Of a DNA stretch of 64,000 nucleotides, positions 10,207-22,237 are shown in pieces. The position numbers were made by a program, and so were the translations under genes. The stretch is from assembly GCA_963730275.1 (NCBI GenBank), contig CAVSRI010000031.1, forward strand, positions 323-64,322, written 5' to 3'. The notes under the pieces are model-generated. The model saw only the letters and a program-made list of their open reading frames with translations, had not been told where the DNA came from and did not search any database. The first letter of the stretch is position 1; each line of letters begins with the position of its first letter. The stretch is from an uncultured delta proteobacterium (lineage in GTDB: Bacteria > Desulfobacterota > Syntrophia > Syntrophales > Smithellaceae).

Positions 10207-12028
10207 AATCTTTTTCGTTTTATTGTTGATTATCTTCTCCGTTTTGTTGATCAGGCTTTGGTATCTACAAGTTATCAAGGGAGGAGAATTGAAGCAAAGA
10301 TCGGAAATTAATTCCGTTCGTTTTCGTAAAATCAAGCCTTTGCGCGGCCTGATTATGGATAGAAAAGGACGTTTGCTGGTGGATAATCTTCCTTCTTTTG
10401 ATGTCGTTTACATGCCCGGCAAAGTAAAAGATCAAGGACAATTAATAGAAAAACTCAAAATCCTGTACAAAAGGAAATCCATCCAATTTGTTCTTGACCA
10501 GCACTTTCCTAAAATAGTGAAACCATATTTGCCGATAACATTGGAAAAGAATGTGGGCATGGAGAAAGTAGCCTTGGTGGAAACCAATTCCATGGATCTG
10601 CCGGGCGTCTATATCGATGTTTCACCTGTCCGCTTATATCTCGATGGAGAGATGATGGCGCCGGTAATTGGTTACACAGGGGAAGCCAGCAAAGAGGAAA
10701 TGGAAGAGGGTGATGAAGAATACACTTACGGCGATATTTTAGGAAAACATGGCGTGGAAAAAACTCTTGATGCTTATATCCGCGGCCGTGACGGCGCGGA
10801 ACTGGTTGAAGTAAATGCTCACGACAAAGAAATAAAAAATTTAGGCCGAATCGAACCTGTTCCCGGTTATAATGCTGTGTTGACCATCGATGCCGATTTG
10901 CAAAAGGCTGCTTGGCAAGCATTGAAAGGAAAAGCCGGCGCGGCAGTTGCTTTGGATCCACGCGACGGTTCGGTGTTGGCCATGATAAGTTCGCCTTCCT
11001 TTGATCCCCATTTATTTAATAGTGGGATTTCCTACGATCAATGGGATAAACTGCAAAACAGTCCATTGGCACCTATGTCCAATAGGGCTATATCTGGTCA
11101 ATATCCTCCAGGTTCGACTTACAAGTTAATAGTTGCCGCTGCTGCTTTGGAAGAAGGCATTATCACTCCCGACACAAAATTCTTTTGTAACGGATATTTT
11201 AAGATGGGTAATAAAACCTTTCGTTGCTGGCATAAAAACGGTCACGGTTATATAAGCCTCCATCGGGCCATTGTCGAATCATGTGATGTCTATTTTTATA
11301 ATGTCGGCAAATTACTAGGTGCCGATAAAATAGCAAAATACGCCAAGCTCTTTGGCTTAGGAGAAGCAAGCGGTATTGATTTACCCAATGAAAAAAACGG
11401 AATTGTGCCGACGGAACAATGGAAATTGACGAAAATGAGAGAGCCCTGGCAGCCTGGTGAAACTATATCCATAGCTATCGGGCAGGGCTACGATTTAGTC
11501 ACCCCTCTACAATTGGTCAACGCTTACAGCGCTTTTGCCAACGGGGGTACAGTATGGCAGCCGCGCATAATAAAACGTATAGAATCAATAGACGGTAAGA
11601 CGTACAAAGAATTTCCACCGGTAAAAAATGGAGAGCTTCCTCTAAGTAAAAAGACTTTTGATATTTTGAGCCATGCTTTATGGGGTGTAGTTAATGAGCA
11701 GGGCGGTACCGGAGGAGCTGCCAGGATATTAAATGCTGACGTTTGTGGCAAAACAGGAACTGCACAGGTTATCAGCTTACCGGAAAATGAAAAAAGAAGT
11801 CGCCAGAGAAAAATGGATGTTTTTCTAAAAGATCACGCTTTGTTTGTTTGCTACGCGCCCTTGAAAGATCCGGAAATAGCTGTCGCGGTAATCGTCGAAA
11901 ATGCCGGTCATGGCGGTTCGTTTGCCGCTCCGATCGCCCGTAAGATTTTGAATGCTTATTTTGAAGAAAAGGCAAAGCAGCCGCAAATTATGGCGCAAAA
12001 CCTGACGGTAAATAAAGCGAATCCGTGA
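10145..12028 (+). CDS. mrdA: Penicillin-binding protein 2 (peptidoglycan D,D-transpeptidase)
   Basis: N-terminal TM segment. Motifs PGSTYK (SxxK), SCD (SxN-like) and KTGTA. Overlaps mreD by 62 nt. Confidence 0.9.
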   Translation: MENRLNLLNGPETSEFRRKFKIFFVLLLIIFSVLLIRLWYLQVIKGGELKQRSEINSVRFRKIKPLRGLIMDRKGRLLVDNLPSFDVVYMPGKVKDQGQLIEKLKILYKRKSIQFVLDQHFPKIVKPYLPITLEKNVGMEKVALVETNSMDLPGVYIDVSPVRLYLDGEMMAPVIGYTGEASKEEMEEGDEEYTYGDILGKHGVEKTLDAYIRGRDGAELVEVNAHDKEIKNLGRIEPVPGYNAVLTIDADLQKAAWQALKGKAGAAVALDPRDGSVLAMISSPSFDPHLFNSGISYDQWDKLQNSPLAPMSNRAISGQYPPGSTYKLIVAAAALEEGIITPDTKFFCNGYFKMGNKTFRCWHKNGHGYISLHRAIVESCDVYFYNVGKLLGADKIAKYAKLFGLGEASGIDLPNEKNGIVPTEQWKLTKMREPWQPGETISIAIGQGYDLVTPLQLVNAYSAFANGGTVWQPRIIKRIESIDGKTYKEFPPVKNGELPLSKKTFDILSHALWGVVNEQGGTGGAARILNADVCGKTGTAQVISLPENEKRSRQRKMDVFLKDHALFVCYAPLKDPEIAVAVIVENAGHGGSFAAPIARKILNAYFEEKAKQPQIMAQNLTVNKANP

Positions 12029-12068
12029 TTATTTATATGTCCGGTGTTTATAATATTTAGGAGAGCCG

Positions 12069-13184
12069 ATGTTTTTTTTAAAATTTGACCGCCGTATTTT
12101 CCAGAATTTCGACTGGCCGCTTATGATGCTCGTACTATCCATTTGCGCCATCGGCATTTTAAATATCTATTCCGCAGGTTATGCTGCCGGTGAAGGGCAA
12201 ATTACTTTTTATTTCAAGCAAATTCAGTGGATCGCACTTGGATTAATAATAATGATGGTTATTTTTTTCATCGATTACCGCCTAATCATCAAAGGCGCTT
12301 ATGTAATTTACGGCATTTCTATCGCACTTCTCGCTCTGGTATATATTTATGGGTATACGATGCACGGCTCACAAAGGTGGCTCGCTTTAGCTGGCTTTGT
12401 CTTTCAGCCTTCGGAGTTAGTGAAGCTGACAATAATAATTGCCTTGGCGCGCTATTTTGATGATCATAAATCCAATGAACCTTACAAATTAAAAGAGCTC
12501 TTTGTACCTTTTCTAATCGTTATCGCGCCTTTTTTAATGATATTGAAACAGCCGGATTTAGGCACGGCATTAATCATTATGATTATTTTCGTTTCCATTA
12601 TTTTTCTTGTAGGAGTTAATTGGAAATCCTTTCTCATTGCCCTAGCGGGAGGATTAATTTTAATTCCCATAGGATGGGTTTTTTTGAAAGATTACCAAAA
12701 AGAAAGATTAATTACTTTTTTTAATCCGGAAAATGATCCTTTAGGTGCTGGGTATCACATTATTCAATCTATGATAGCTGTAGGTTCGGGAGGATTTTTT
12801 GGCAAAGGCTTTTTAAACGGTTCACAAACACAATTGAAATTTTTACCTGAGCAGCAGACTGATTTTATATTTTCCGTTTTTGCTGAGGAGTGGGGTTTTA
12901 TTGGCGGGATGGTTTTGATCATCATGTTTATTTCACTTATCCTTTGGGGGCTAAAAATTGCCTTACATGCCAGAGATTTATTAGGCACGATTATAGCGTT
13001 CGGAATAACAGCCCTTATTTCGTGGGAAGTTTTTATCAACATAGGAATGGTTTTGGGGATGTTGCCGGTAGTCGGCATTCCGCTTCCTTTTTTGAGTTAC
13101 GGCGGTTCGGCGATGGTTGCTTTAATGACAGCGATAGGACTGTTAATGAATATCAATGTACGAAAATTTATTTTGCAGCGCTAG
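12069..13184 (+). CDS. rodA: Rod shape-determining protein RodA (SEDS glycosyltransferase)
   Basis: Polytopic protein with QPSELVKL, KQPDLGTAL and LPEQQTDFIFSVFAEEWGFIGG as SEDS signatures. Confidence 0.9.
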   Translation: MFFLKFDRRIFQNFDWPLMMLVLSICAIGILNIYSAGYAAGEGQITFYFKQIQWIALGLIIMMVIFFIDYRLIIKGAYVIYGISIALLALVYIYGYTMHGSQRWLALAGFVFQPSELVKLTIIIALARYFDDHKSNEPYKLKELFVPFLIVIAPFLMILKQPDLGTALIIMIIFVSIIFLVGVNWKSFLIALAGGLILIPIGWVFLKDYQKERLITFFNPENDPLGAGYHIIQSMIAVGSGGFFGKGFLNGSQTQLKFLPEQQTDFIFSVFAEEWGFIGGMVLIIMFISLILWGLKIALHARDLLGTIIAFGITALISWEVFINIGMVLGMLPVVGIPLPFLSYGGSAMVALMTAIGLLMNINVRKFILQR

Positions 13185-13358
13185 CAATTATTGAAGCGTA
13201 TGAAGACGTCTTTAAAAAGTGAGACGAATTACCGGAAGCATACACCTTACCGTGGAAACGCATGATGAAAATATCTTTTCATACCGGTAATCGCCCTCTT
13301 TAGGGCTCCGAATTTAATGCTATTTAACACAGGAATTAATGATTAAGGAGAGAATGTT

Positions 13359-13736
13359 ATGTGGGAAAAAAAACAAGAAAGCGAAGAAATCAAAGCGATT
13401 TTAGGCAAAGGAGCAGAGTTTGTCGGGAAGCTTATTTTTAACGGATCCGTCCGCATCGATGGCGATTTTCAAGGTGAAATTCACGGACAAGGATCACTGG
13501 TTGTTGGAGAAGGTGCACTGGTAAAAGCTAATATTGCGGTTAAAAGTGTTTACCTAGGCGGCGAAGTACAGGGCAAAATTGAGGCTAAAGAAAAAATTAC
13601 AATTCATTCTACGGGCAAATTTTTGGGCGATGTACACACACCGATACTTATTATGGAAGAAGGCGCTTTTTTTGACGGCAAATCCCATATGTCCGGAGCC
13701 GTGGAAAAGAAAATTAATGATCATCAAGTAGATTGA
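13359..13736 (+). CDS. Bactofilin family cytoskeletal protein
   Basis: Repetitive beta-helix pattern (FVGKLIFNGSVRIDGDFQGEIHGQGSLVVGEGALVKANI...). Confidence 0.8.
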   Translation: MWEKKQESEEIKAILGKGAEFVGKLIFNGSVRIDGDFQGEIHGQGSLVVGEGALVKANIAVKSVYLGGEVQGKIEAKEKITIHSTGKFLGDVHTPILIMEEGAFFDGKSHMSGAVEKKINDHQVD

Positions 13737-14019
13737 ACGACAGCAAAATTATTATAAATCCGGTAACTAAAAAGTGTAATAATTTCCAACTGCTTTAATC
13801 GCTTCTAGCTTATCATTATCGTTGATAATATATGATCAGGGAAAATTAGACTGCCGGTCATAAAAAAGCTTGACAAGTAATCAAGGCTATGATTAATAAT
13901 CCACAAGTTTTGGGTATCAATGGTAAGGTCTTTTCTGCTTATACATTAAACATATTCAAAACATCCTTAAGAGTAATTAGAAATTTATACGTTTGAGGTT
14001 ATGCATATTAATGAAAGCG

Positions 14020-14060
14020 GCCGAGTGAGCAAAAGGAATGTTCAACACTCGGCTTTTTTT
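14020..14060 (+). terminator. Intrinsic-terminator-like hairpin 25 nt upstream of the atp operon RBS
   Basis: gccgagtg / cactcggc 8-bp stem, 18-nt loop, followed by T7. Confidence 0.6.
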
Positions 14061-14085
14061 ATGAAAAAATGCAATGAGGTAAGCA

Positions 14086-14521
14086 ATGGTTACTGTCATT
14101 CCTGATTATACGCTGTTGATCCAAATAGTTACGTTCCTAGTGCTAATTTATATCCTCAATCTTCTTCTTTTCAAGCCGATTCTTAATATAATTGACCGCC
14201 GCAAAAAACAGTTGGAAGAATTAGAAAACGAAATCAAGCTGTTTAACGATTCTGTGGATAAAAGAGTATGCTGAATACAATGAAAAACTCAAACAAGCCA
14301 AAACAAATGCTTCCGAATTAAAAAAAGAAATAGTCAAAGAAGGCGATGATCGGGCTAAGAACATAGTAGACATTGTCCGTGGTGAAATACCTTTGATGAC
14401 ACAGGAATTTCAGAAAAAAATGGATAAAGAAATCCTAGCCGCACGGAAAATTTTGGATAATCAATCCCGAAAGTTATCTTTAGAGATTGCTGAAAAAGTG
14501 CTGGGAAGGAGCGTCCAATGA
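14086..14521 (+). CDS. F-type ATP synthase subunit b' (frame break at A-run 14260-14263)
   Basis: ORF 14086-14274 gives the TM N-terminus. My translation of the next frame gives EYAEYNEKLKQAKTNASELKKEIVKEGDDRAKNIV...AEKVLGRSVQ, ending in an ATGA overlap with atpF. One base fewer in the A-run restores a single 144-aa b-type subunit. Confidence 0.7.
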
Positions 14522-15117
14522 AAAATTCCCCTCAATCGGCACGGCCTTCATTATTTCTTTCGTTGCCCTTGATTTTTTTATTCTTTATTTACATATCCGT
14601 TGCTTATGCTTCCGGCAGTGAAGGCAACCATGAAACAGGTAAATGGTGGGACTTCGGCTGGAAGACATTTGATTTTCTTGTGCTGGTTGGTTTCCTTTAT
14701 TGGCTCTTAGCGGCAAAAATAAAAGAATTTTTTGTTGGGCGGCGCAAGGAAATTAAGGAATCGCTGGAAAACGCGGCAAAGCAAAAATCAGAGGCTGAGA
14801 AAAAATATCGGGAATATTCGGAAAAAATCGATAAAGCTTCCCTCGAAATTGACGGCATCTTTGAAATGATCAAGGAACAAGGATTCGCCGAAAAACAAAA
14901 GATAATCGACGATGCGAAAAAAGTCGCCGAGAAAATGAAGCAAGATGCTCAAGCACGTATTGAGCAGGAATTACAGAAAGCTTCTTCCCAATTGCGCATT
15001 GAGGCAGTGCAGCTTTCCGTGCAAATGGCGGAACAAATCTTAAAAAGAAACATTACCGAGAAAGATCATGAATCCATGGTCAAAGAATACATGGACAAGG
15101 TGGTGAGTAAAAATTGA
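14518..15117 (+). CDS. atpF: F-type ATP synthase subunit b
   Basis: TM segment plus a long charged helix. Position before atpH supports the call. Confidence 0.8.
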   Translation: MKNSPQSARPSLFLSLPLIFLFFIYISVAYASGSEGNHETGKWWDFGWKTFDFLVLVGFLYWLLAAKIKEFFVGRRKEIKESLENAAKQKSEAEKKYREYSEKIDKASLEIDGIFEMIKEQGFAEKQKIIDDAKKVAEKMKQDAQARIEQELQKASSQLRIEAVQLSVQMAEQILKRNITEKDHESMVKEYMDKVVSKN

Positions 15118-15656
15118 TCAGCAACATTTCCAAACGTTACGCTCACGCATTTTTTGAAATCGCGGAAAAAGACAAAAATCTGGAAAGATATTATACCGAA
15201 CTGAATAAATTTTCTTCGATTATTGCTCAAAATAAGGCTTTGGGAGACTTTTTATTTAACCCGATTTTTGAGCAGGAAAACAAGAAAAAAGTTTTGGAAA
15301 AGATAATAAGCAAGCTTAAGTTCTCTAGCATGACGGTCAATTTCTTAAAATTGTTAGTAGATAAAAAAAGAATAGATTCTTTATCGGATATTGTAGCTTG
15401 TTACCGGCAATTAATGGATGAAGCATTAAAGAAAGTCCGGGTCAATTTAAAAACTGCATTTCCCCTTTCCCTAAAACTGCAAGACTATATCAACTCGAAG
15501 ATGGAAAAAATAACGGGCCGGAAAGTGGAAATAACAATGGAAACAGACCCTGGTCTTTTAGGGGGCATAGTTATTGGTGTTGGCGATACACTTTACGATG
15601 GCAGCGTCAAAAACCAGTTAAACAATATGAGGAATCTCTTAGGGGAGGCAAGATAA
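15114..15656 (+). CDS. atpH: F-type ATP synthase subunit delta (OSCP)
   Basis: ISKRYAHAFFEIA at the N-terminus and DPGLLGGIVIGVGDTLYDGSVKNQL at the C-terminus. Confidence 0.85.
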   Translation: MISNISKRYAHAFFEIAEKDKNLERYYTELNKFSSIIAQNKALGDFLFNPIFEQENKKKVLEKIISKLKFSSMTVNFLKLLVDKKRIDSLSDIVACYRQLMDEALKKVRVNLKTAFPLSLKLQDYINSKMEKITGRKVEITMETDPGLLGGIVIGVGDTLYDGSVKNQLNNMRNLLGEAR

Positions 15657-15659
15657 GGC

Positions 15660-17174
15660 ATGGATACAATTAGGGCGGAAGAAATTAGTCAAATTATTTC
15701 TGAGCAAATTAAAAGCTATGAAAAAAAGCTGGATATAAGCGAAACCGGAACTGTCTTATCCGTAGGTGATGGTATAGCTAGAGTTTATGGTGTGCAAAAC
15801 GCGATGGCGATGGAACTTCTGGAATTTCCCGGCGGTATTTTAGGCATGGTTCTCAATTTGGAAGCGGACAATGTCGGTGTTGCCGTTTTGGGTGAAGTTA
15901 CACACATTAAGGAAGGTGATATTGTCAAAAGAACGGGCAAAATTGCCCAGGTGCCAGTGGGTGATGGATTACTCGGCCGCATAATCGATGCGACCGGTAA
16001 GCCCCTCGATGGCAAAGGCCCGATTGAAACAAACGAATATCGTCGTATTGAAATGATCGCGCCAGGCGTTATTCAACGCCAACCGGTTAACGAACCTATG
16101 TACACAGGCCTGAAGGCTATCGATGCCATGACCCCCATTGGCCGTGGACAGCGCGAATTGGTGATCGGGGACCGCCAAATCGGTAAAACGGCCATTTGTG
16201 TCGATACAATAATCAGGCAGAAGGATACAGGCGTTAAGTGCATATATGTCGCTATCGGTCAGAAAAAGTCCACCGTGGCACAAGTTGTGGAGAAATTGAA
16301 ACAGAATGATGCCATGTCCTATACCTGCGTTGTTGCCGGTTGCGCAAGCGACCCGGCAACTCTGCAGTACATCGCCGCTTATGCTGGCTGTAGTATTGGT
16401 GAATATTTCCGTGATCGTAGTCAGGATGCTTTGATTATTTATGATGATTTGTCGAAACAAGCTGTGGCTTACCGGCAGATTTCATTGTTGCTTAGGCGTC
16501 CTCCCGGGCGTGAAGCTTTTCCGGGAGATATTTTTTATAATCATTCCCGACTGCTGGAACGCGCTGCGCGCGTGAGCAAAGAACTGGGCGGTGGCTCTTT
16601 GACTGCCCTGCCCGTTATTGAAACTCAAGCTGGCGACGTTTCTGCGTATATTCCGACAAACGTCATCTCGATTACTGACGGCCAGGTTTATCTGGAACCA
16701 AGCTTATTTTTTTCCGGTATTCGTCCGGCAATCAATGTTGGTTTGTCGGTTTCGCGCGTTGGTGGCGCCGCGCAGGTCAAGGCAATGAAACAAGTCGCGG
16801 GAACTTTAAAACTTGATCTTGCTCAATACCGTGAATTGGCGGCATTTGCCCAGTTTGGCAGTGATCTGGATAAGGCAACGCAAGCGCAATTGGATCGTGG
16901 TGTGCGTTTGGTGGAATTACTGAAACAACCTCAATTTAAGCCTATGTCTCTTTCCCAAGAAGTGGTTATCCTTTTTGCCGGAACCAGAGGATTTATCGAT
17001 AAATATGAAGTGGAAAAAGTGCGTGTCTATGAGCAGCAACTTTTGGGTTTTATAGAAAGTAAGTATTCGGGAATAATGAAGGAAATCGAAGAAAAGAAAG
17101 TTATTTCTCCGGAATTGGAAAAGAAAATGAAGGAAATTTTGACGGATTTTGATTCCGCCTTTGTTTCCGAATAA
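15660..17174 (+). CDS. atpA: F-type ATP synthase subunit alpha
   Basis: P-loop GDRQIGKT plus [23 protein letters not shown]. Confidence 0.97.
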   Translation: MDTIRAEEISQIISEQIKSYEKKLDISETGTVLSVGDGIARVYGVQNAMAMELLEFPGGILGMVLNLEADNVGVAVLGEVTHIKEGDIVKRTGKIAQVPVGDGLLGRIIDATGKPLDGKGPIETNEYRRIEMIAPGVIQRQPVNEPMYTGLKAIDAMTPIGRGQRELVIGDRQIGKTAICVDTIIRQKDTGVKCIYVAIGQKKSTVAQVVEKLKQNDAMSYTCVVAGCASDPATLQYIAAYAGCSIGEYFRDRSQDALIIYDDLSKQAVAYRQISLLLRRPPGREAFPGDIFYNHSRLLERAARVSKELGGGSLTALPVIETQAGDVSAYIPTNVISITDGQVYLEPSLFFSGIRPAINVGLSVSRVGGAAQVKAMKQVAGTLKLDLAQYRELAAFAQFGSDLDKATQAQLDRGVRLVELLKQPQFKPMSLSQEVVILFAGTRGFIDKYEVEKVRVYEQQLLGFIESKYSGIMKEIEEKKVISPELEKKMKEILTDFDSAFVSE

Positions 17175-17272
17175 ATTTATCCAATAACCAACGGATTAAT
17201 AATAAGTCCTTAATTCGCATAAACTGGATTTTTTACAACGCCGTCCAATAATTATTTGAGGAGAATTCGTCA

Positions 17273-18148
17273 GTGGCCTCAGTCAAAGATATTAAAAGAA
17301 AAGTAGGTGCCGTTCATAAAACGAAGCAAATTACGCGGGCAATGAACATGGTTGCCGCATCGAAGTTTAAGGCGTCACAATTGCGGATGGAAAATTTCCG
17401 TCCTTACGCCAGCAAATTCATGGATGTGCTAAATTCTCTGGCCCTGCGTGTCGAAAGCATGTCCCATCCGCTTTTGGCTGTACGGGATCCCAGAAGGATC
17501 AGAGTAATTTGCATGACTTCCGATCGCGGTCTTTGCGGCGGGTTTAATTCAAATTTAATCAAAGCGACAGAAAGATTTTTAAAAGATAAAAGCAAAGAAG
17601 ATAAAGAGATCGCCTTGATTAATGTCGGGCGCAAAGGAAGAGATTTTTTCCGAAAAAAAGCGAACATTATTGGACAATGGGTTGACGTTTTAAACAAGTT
17701 CGATATGACCCTGGCGGTTTCCATTTCCAATGATGTAATAGTACCTTTTATTAAAGAAGAGTATGACGAGCTTTATTTAGTTTACAATCAATTTGTCAAT
17801 GTTTCCGTGCAGCGGCCGACAGTGGTCAGGTTATTCCCCCTGCCTTCCATTGGACAAGACGTGGACATTGATCCCGAAAAACGCCTGGATTATCTGTACG
17901 AACCGTCGGAGGAAGCCCTACTGCAAAAGCTTTTACCCATGTATGTTCACGTTCTTGTTTATCGTGCTCTTTTGGAAACATCAGCAGGTGAAAACGGCGC
18001 GAGAATGGCGGCAATGGACAATGCCACCAACAATTGCGAAGAGTTAATCAGGTCATTGACTCTAAAAATGAACAAAGCAAGGCAGGCGGCGATTACTGCG
18101 GAATTGATGGATATTGTCGGTGGTACGGAAGCTCTGGCAAAAGGATAA
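17273..18148 (+). CDS. atpG: F-type ATP synthase subunit gamma
   Basis: IKRKVGAVHKTKQITRAMNMVAASK at the N-terminus and ITAELMDIVGGTEAL at the C-terminus. GTG start with a gaggag RBS. Confidence 0.95.
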   Translation: MASVKDIKRKVGAVHKTKQITRAMNMVAASKFKASQLRMENFRPYASKFMDVLNSLALRVESMSHPLLAVRDPRRIRVICMTSDRGLCGGFNSNLIKATERFLKDKSKEDKEIALINVGRKGRDFFRKKANIIGQWVDVLNKFDMTLAVSISNDVIVPFIKEEYDELYLVYNQFVNVSVQRPTVVRLFPLPSIGQDVDIDPEKRLDYLYEPSEEALLQKLLPMYVHVLVYRALLETSAGENGARMAAMDNATNNCEELIRSLTLKMNKARQAAITAELMDIVGGTEALAKG

Positions 18149-18176
18149 TATTTTTGCAGAAATTTACCGCGAATAA

Positions 18177-19619
<1,443 letters not shown>

Positions 19620-19639
19620 TTTTTAGTTGGAGGAAGTAA

Positions 19640-20047
19640 ATGGCGGATGAATTAATGCTGGAAATTGTAACTCCGGGAAAGATGGCCTTTTCCGGCAATG
19701 TGGAAGACGTTACGATTCCGGGTACGGAAGGAGAATTTGGTGTTCTGCGCGGTCACGAAGCATTGTTGAGTTCCGTAGATATTGGGCAGTTAGTTTTTAC
19801 AAAAAACAACAAAAAAACCTATTATGCTGTTAATACCGGTTATGCTGAGGTTACTGCCAATAAAGTGACCGTTTTAATCGAAACAGCCGAAAGGTCCGAC
19901 TATATCGATAAAAACAGAGCCAGAAGAGCAAAAGAAAATGCGGAAGCCCGTTTGGAGAGGATAGCCAAAGATAGTGACGAATTCGAAAAAGCACGTGCCG
20001 CATTGGTGCGGGCAATCGTGCGATTAAACGTTGCTGAAAAACAGTAG
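19640..20047 (+). CDS. atpC: F-type ATP synthase subunit epsilon
   Basis: [33 protein letters not shown]. Position after atpD supports the call. Confidence 0.9.
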   Translation: MADELMLEIVTPGKMAFSGNVEDVTIPGTEGEFGVLRGHEALLSSVDIGQLVFTKNNKKTYYAVNTGYAEVTANKVTVLIETAERSDYIDKNRARRAKENAEARLERIAKDSDEFEKARAALVRAIVRLNVAEKQ

Positions 20048-20398
20048 AATTTTTTATTTTAAAAATGATTGTTCCTACGACACAGGCAGCAGGGTCTTTA
20101 TAAGGCAATGTTTTCTCTGGATAAGAAAACCTTGGCAGACAAAATTAAACTAATAAATTATCCGAACCTCTTAGTGGCTTCCGGGCAACTCCGCTGCTGG
20201 ACAGAAAAAAATCTGCTGAAATCCTTATCGCTCGGGGGGAAATCGGTCTTCTGTATCCACGCATCAAAAAAGTTGATATCAATCCGATGATTTTAACAGC
20301 ATCAGGAGCAGTCGTTGTTGATGCCACAATTATCCTGGAATAGCGACTTTTTTTGTTGAATCACCAGATAAAAATAATTCTTACCTTGCACTTATTTC

Positions 20399-20878
20399 TT
20401 ATTTTTCTTTAGTCGAAATGTTGCTGATCTCAAAATTGCGCGTGCCGCCGGGTGTTTTCACGCTGATTTCATCACCAATATTTTTACCGATGAGGGCTTT
20501 GCCGATTGGAGATGTTACAGAAATTTTATTTTGATTGATGTCCGATTCCAGTGGCCCTACCAGCTGGTACTTAATTTTTTCTCCACTGTCGATATCCTCT
20601 ATAGTGACATAACAGCCAAAAACAACTTTGTTGGTTTTTAAACCTTTTAACTCAATGATATTGGACAGGGCGAGATTATTTTCCAACTCCTGTAGTCTTC
20701 CGTGAAGATAAGATTGCCGCTCCTTGGCGGCGGCATATTCGGCGTTTTCGGAAAGATCGCCATGCGCACGGGCAACTTCAATATCGCGAATATTTTCCGG
20801 AATGGATTTATTTTTTAACGTTTCCAAATCTTTTTTCAATTTTATGAAGCCTGCTTTGGTAATTGGTATTTTTTGCAT
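20399..20878 (-). CDS. greA: Transcription elongation factor GreA
   Basis: MQKIPITKAGFIKLKKDLETLK...ARAHGDLSENAEYAAAKERQ. The start is taken at the internal Met (159 aa); the ORF track start at 20947 is probably too early. Confidence 0.9.
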   Translation of the reverse strand: MQKIPITKAGFIKLKKDLETLKNKSIPENIRDIEVARAHGDLSENAEYAAAKERQSYLHGRLQELENNLALSNIIELKGLKTNKVVFGCYVTIEDIDSGEKIKYQLVGPLESDINQNKISVTSPIGKALIGKNIGDEISVKTPGGTRNFEISNISTKEK

Positions 20879-21134
20879 AATAACTCCAAAGTATTTTACC
20901 GCATCCTGACTTGATTTTTGTTTAATAGAGAATACGCACTCTGTCAAGAAACATTTGACTACCCTGTATGCTTTAATTGTCTTCCTTTGTAGGATTTCTC
21001 AATCTCCTCTCACCGAGTATTTTGCCCGTATGGTCTATAATACTGCAACATCTCAGCATGGTCAGGTGGAAGTTGTGTTGTCGCGGTAATTATGTTATTT
21101 GTTTTCAAACTAAAAAAGTTCCACTACTGAAACC

Positions 21135-22127
21135 ATGCGTGATAAATTCGAACGTGAAATAAATTACCTACGCGTTTCCATTACCGATAGATGCAATTTG
21201 CATTGCAGTTATTGTAGGCCCAAAGAAGGAATTTCGCTGCAAAGCCATGATGATATTCTCCGATACGAAGAGATAATCCGCATTGTTTCCGTTGCCGTAA
21301 AGATGGGACTAATCAAGGTTCGGCTGACCGGCGGCGAACCGCTTGTCCGCCGCGGCTTTATCGAATTTATTGCCGCACTAAAAGGCATCAACGGTTTACA
21401 GGACATAAGCCTTACCACCAATGGTATTTTCTTGGAAGAATTTGCCCAGAGTATTTTCGGCGCCGGTATTCGCCGTATCAATGTCAGCCTCGATTCGCTC
21501 GACAAGGATAAGTACTTCCGCATCACTAATGGCGGAAATTTAGACGCTGTTTTGCGTGGGATTGCCAAAGCCGAAGAAATTGGTTTTTCGCCGATAAAAA
21601 TTAACACTGTCGCCATCAAAGGGTTCAACGATGATGAAGTACTGGAATTTGCTCAATTGGCATTCAATAAACCTTTTCAGGTACGTTTCATTGAATTGAT
21701 GCCGGTGGGGCAAGTAAAATCCGAATACAACGATGATTATCTGCCGGCAACTCAATTAATGCAGGAAATCAATCGTCGCTATGAGTTGGAGGAGGTAACG
21801 GGCAAGAAAAACAAGTCGGATGGTCCGGCAACAATCTTCAGGATTAAAGGAGGCCGCGGCGAAATAGGTTTTATCAATCCGATAAGCAATCATTTCTGCG
21901 CGACCTGCAACCGTTTGCGTCTGACCGCCGAGGGAAAATTGCGTTCTTGCTTGCTTAACGAAGACGAAATTGACTTAAAAAAGGCTTTGCGGGAAAATTG
22001 CAGTGATGCGGAACTGGAAAGATATATACGGAAGGCGATATTATTAAAGCCCAAACAACACGATCTGGCTTGTGCGGGGAATCATTTGAAAAAATGCCAC
22101 CGGGATATGTCGGCGATTGGCGGTTGA
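21135..22127 (+). CDS. moaA: GTP 3',8-cyclase MoaA (molybdenum cofactor biosynthesis, radical SAM)
   Basis: YLRVSITDRCNLHCSYC (CxxxCxxC), CATCNRLRLTAEGKLRSCL and a C-terminal GG. Confidence 0.9.
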   Translation: MRDKFEREINYLRVSITDRCNLHCSYCRPKEGISLQSHDDILRYEEIIRIVSVAVKMGLIKVRLTGGEPLVRRGFIEFIAALKGINGLQDISLTTNGIFLEEFAQSIFGAGIRRINVSLDSLDKDKYFRITNGGNLDAVLRGIAKAEEIGFSPIKINTVAIKGFNDDEVLEFAQLAFNKPFQVRFIELMPVGQVKSEYNDDYLPATQLMQEINRRYELEEVTGKKNKSDGPATIFRIKGGRGEIGFINPISNHFCATCNRLRLTAEGKLRSCLLNEDEIDLKKALRENCSDAELERYIRKAILLKPKQHDLACAGNHLKKCHRDMSAIGG

Positions 22128-22237
22128 AAAAAGATAACAGAAACGATACATTTTCTTTAAAAAAATAGTATAATTTGTTATGCTTGAAAACACCTCTTGA
22201 AATTTGCGGTAAAACCTTAACATCAGGGAGCATCCCG

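Noticed and set aside
15785-16460. Long antisense or out-of-frame ORFs inside atpA. Similar ones lie inside atpD, mrdA, the GRE, the carboxyltransferase and the second atpA.
   Set aside because: They are shadow ORFs of strongly supported genes, with compositionally biased (Arg/Pro/Ser-rich) translations.
20145-20327. A 60-aa minus-strand ORF starts like YidD (IIGLISTFLMRGYRRPISP).
   Set aside because: The conserved Cys-containing core (CRF.PSCS) is absent in every frame that I could read cleanly. It may be a decayed yidD-like remnant, but the evidence is too thin to annotate.
20950-21134. I looked for a molybdenum-cofactor riboswitch upstream of moaA, and also upstream of mop at 24400-24555.
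   Set aside because: I could not find the conserved Moco-motif stems or loops by eye. Only a TATAAT box is present (about 21037). A covariance-model search would be needed to be sure.
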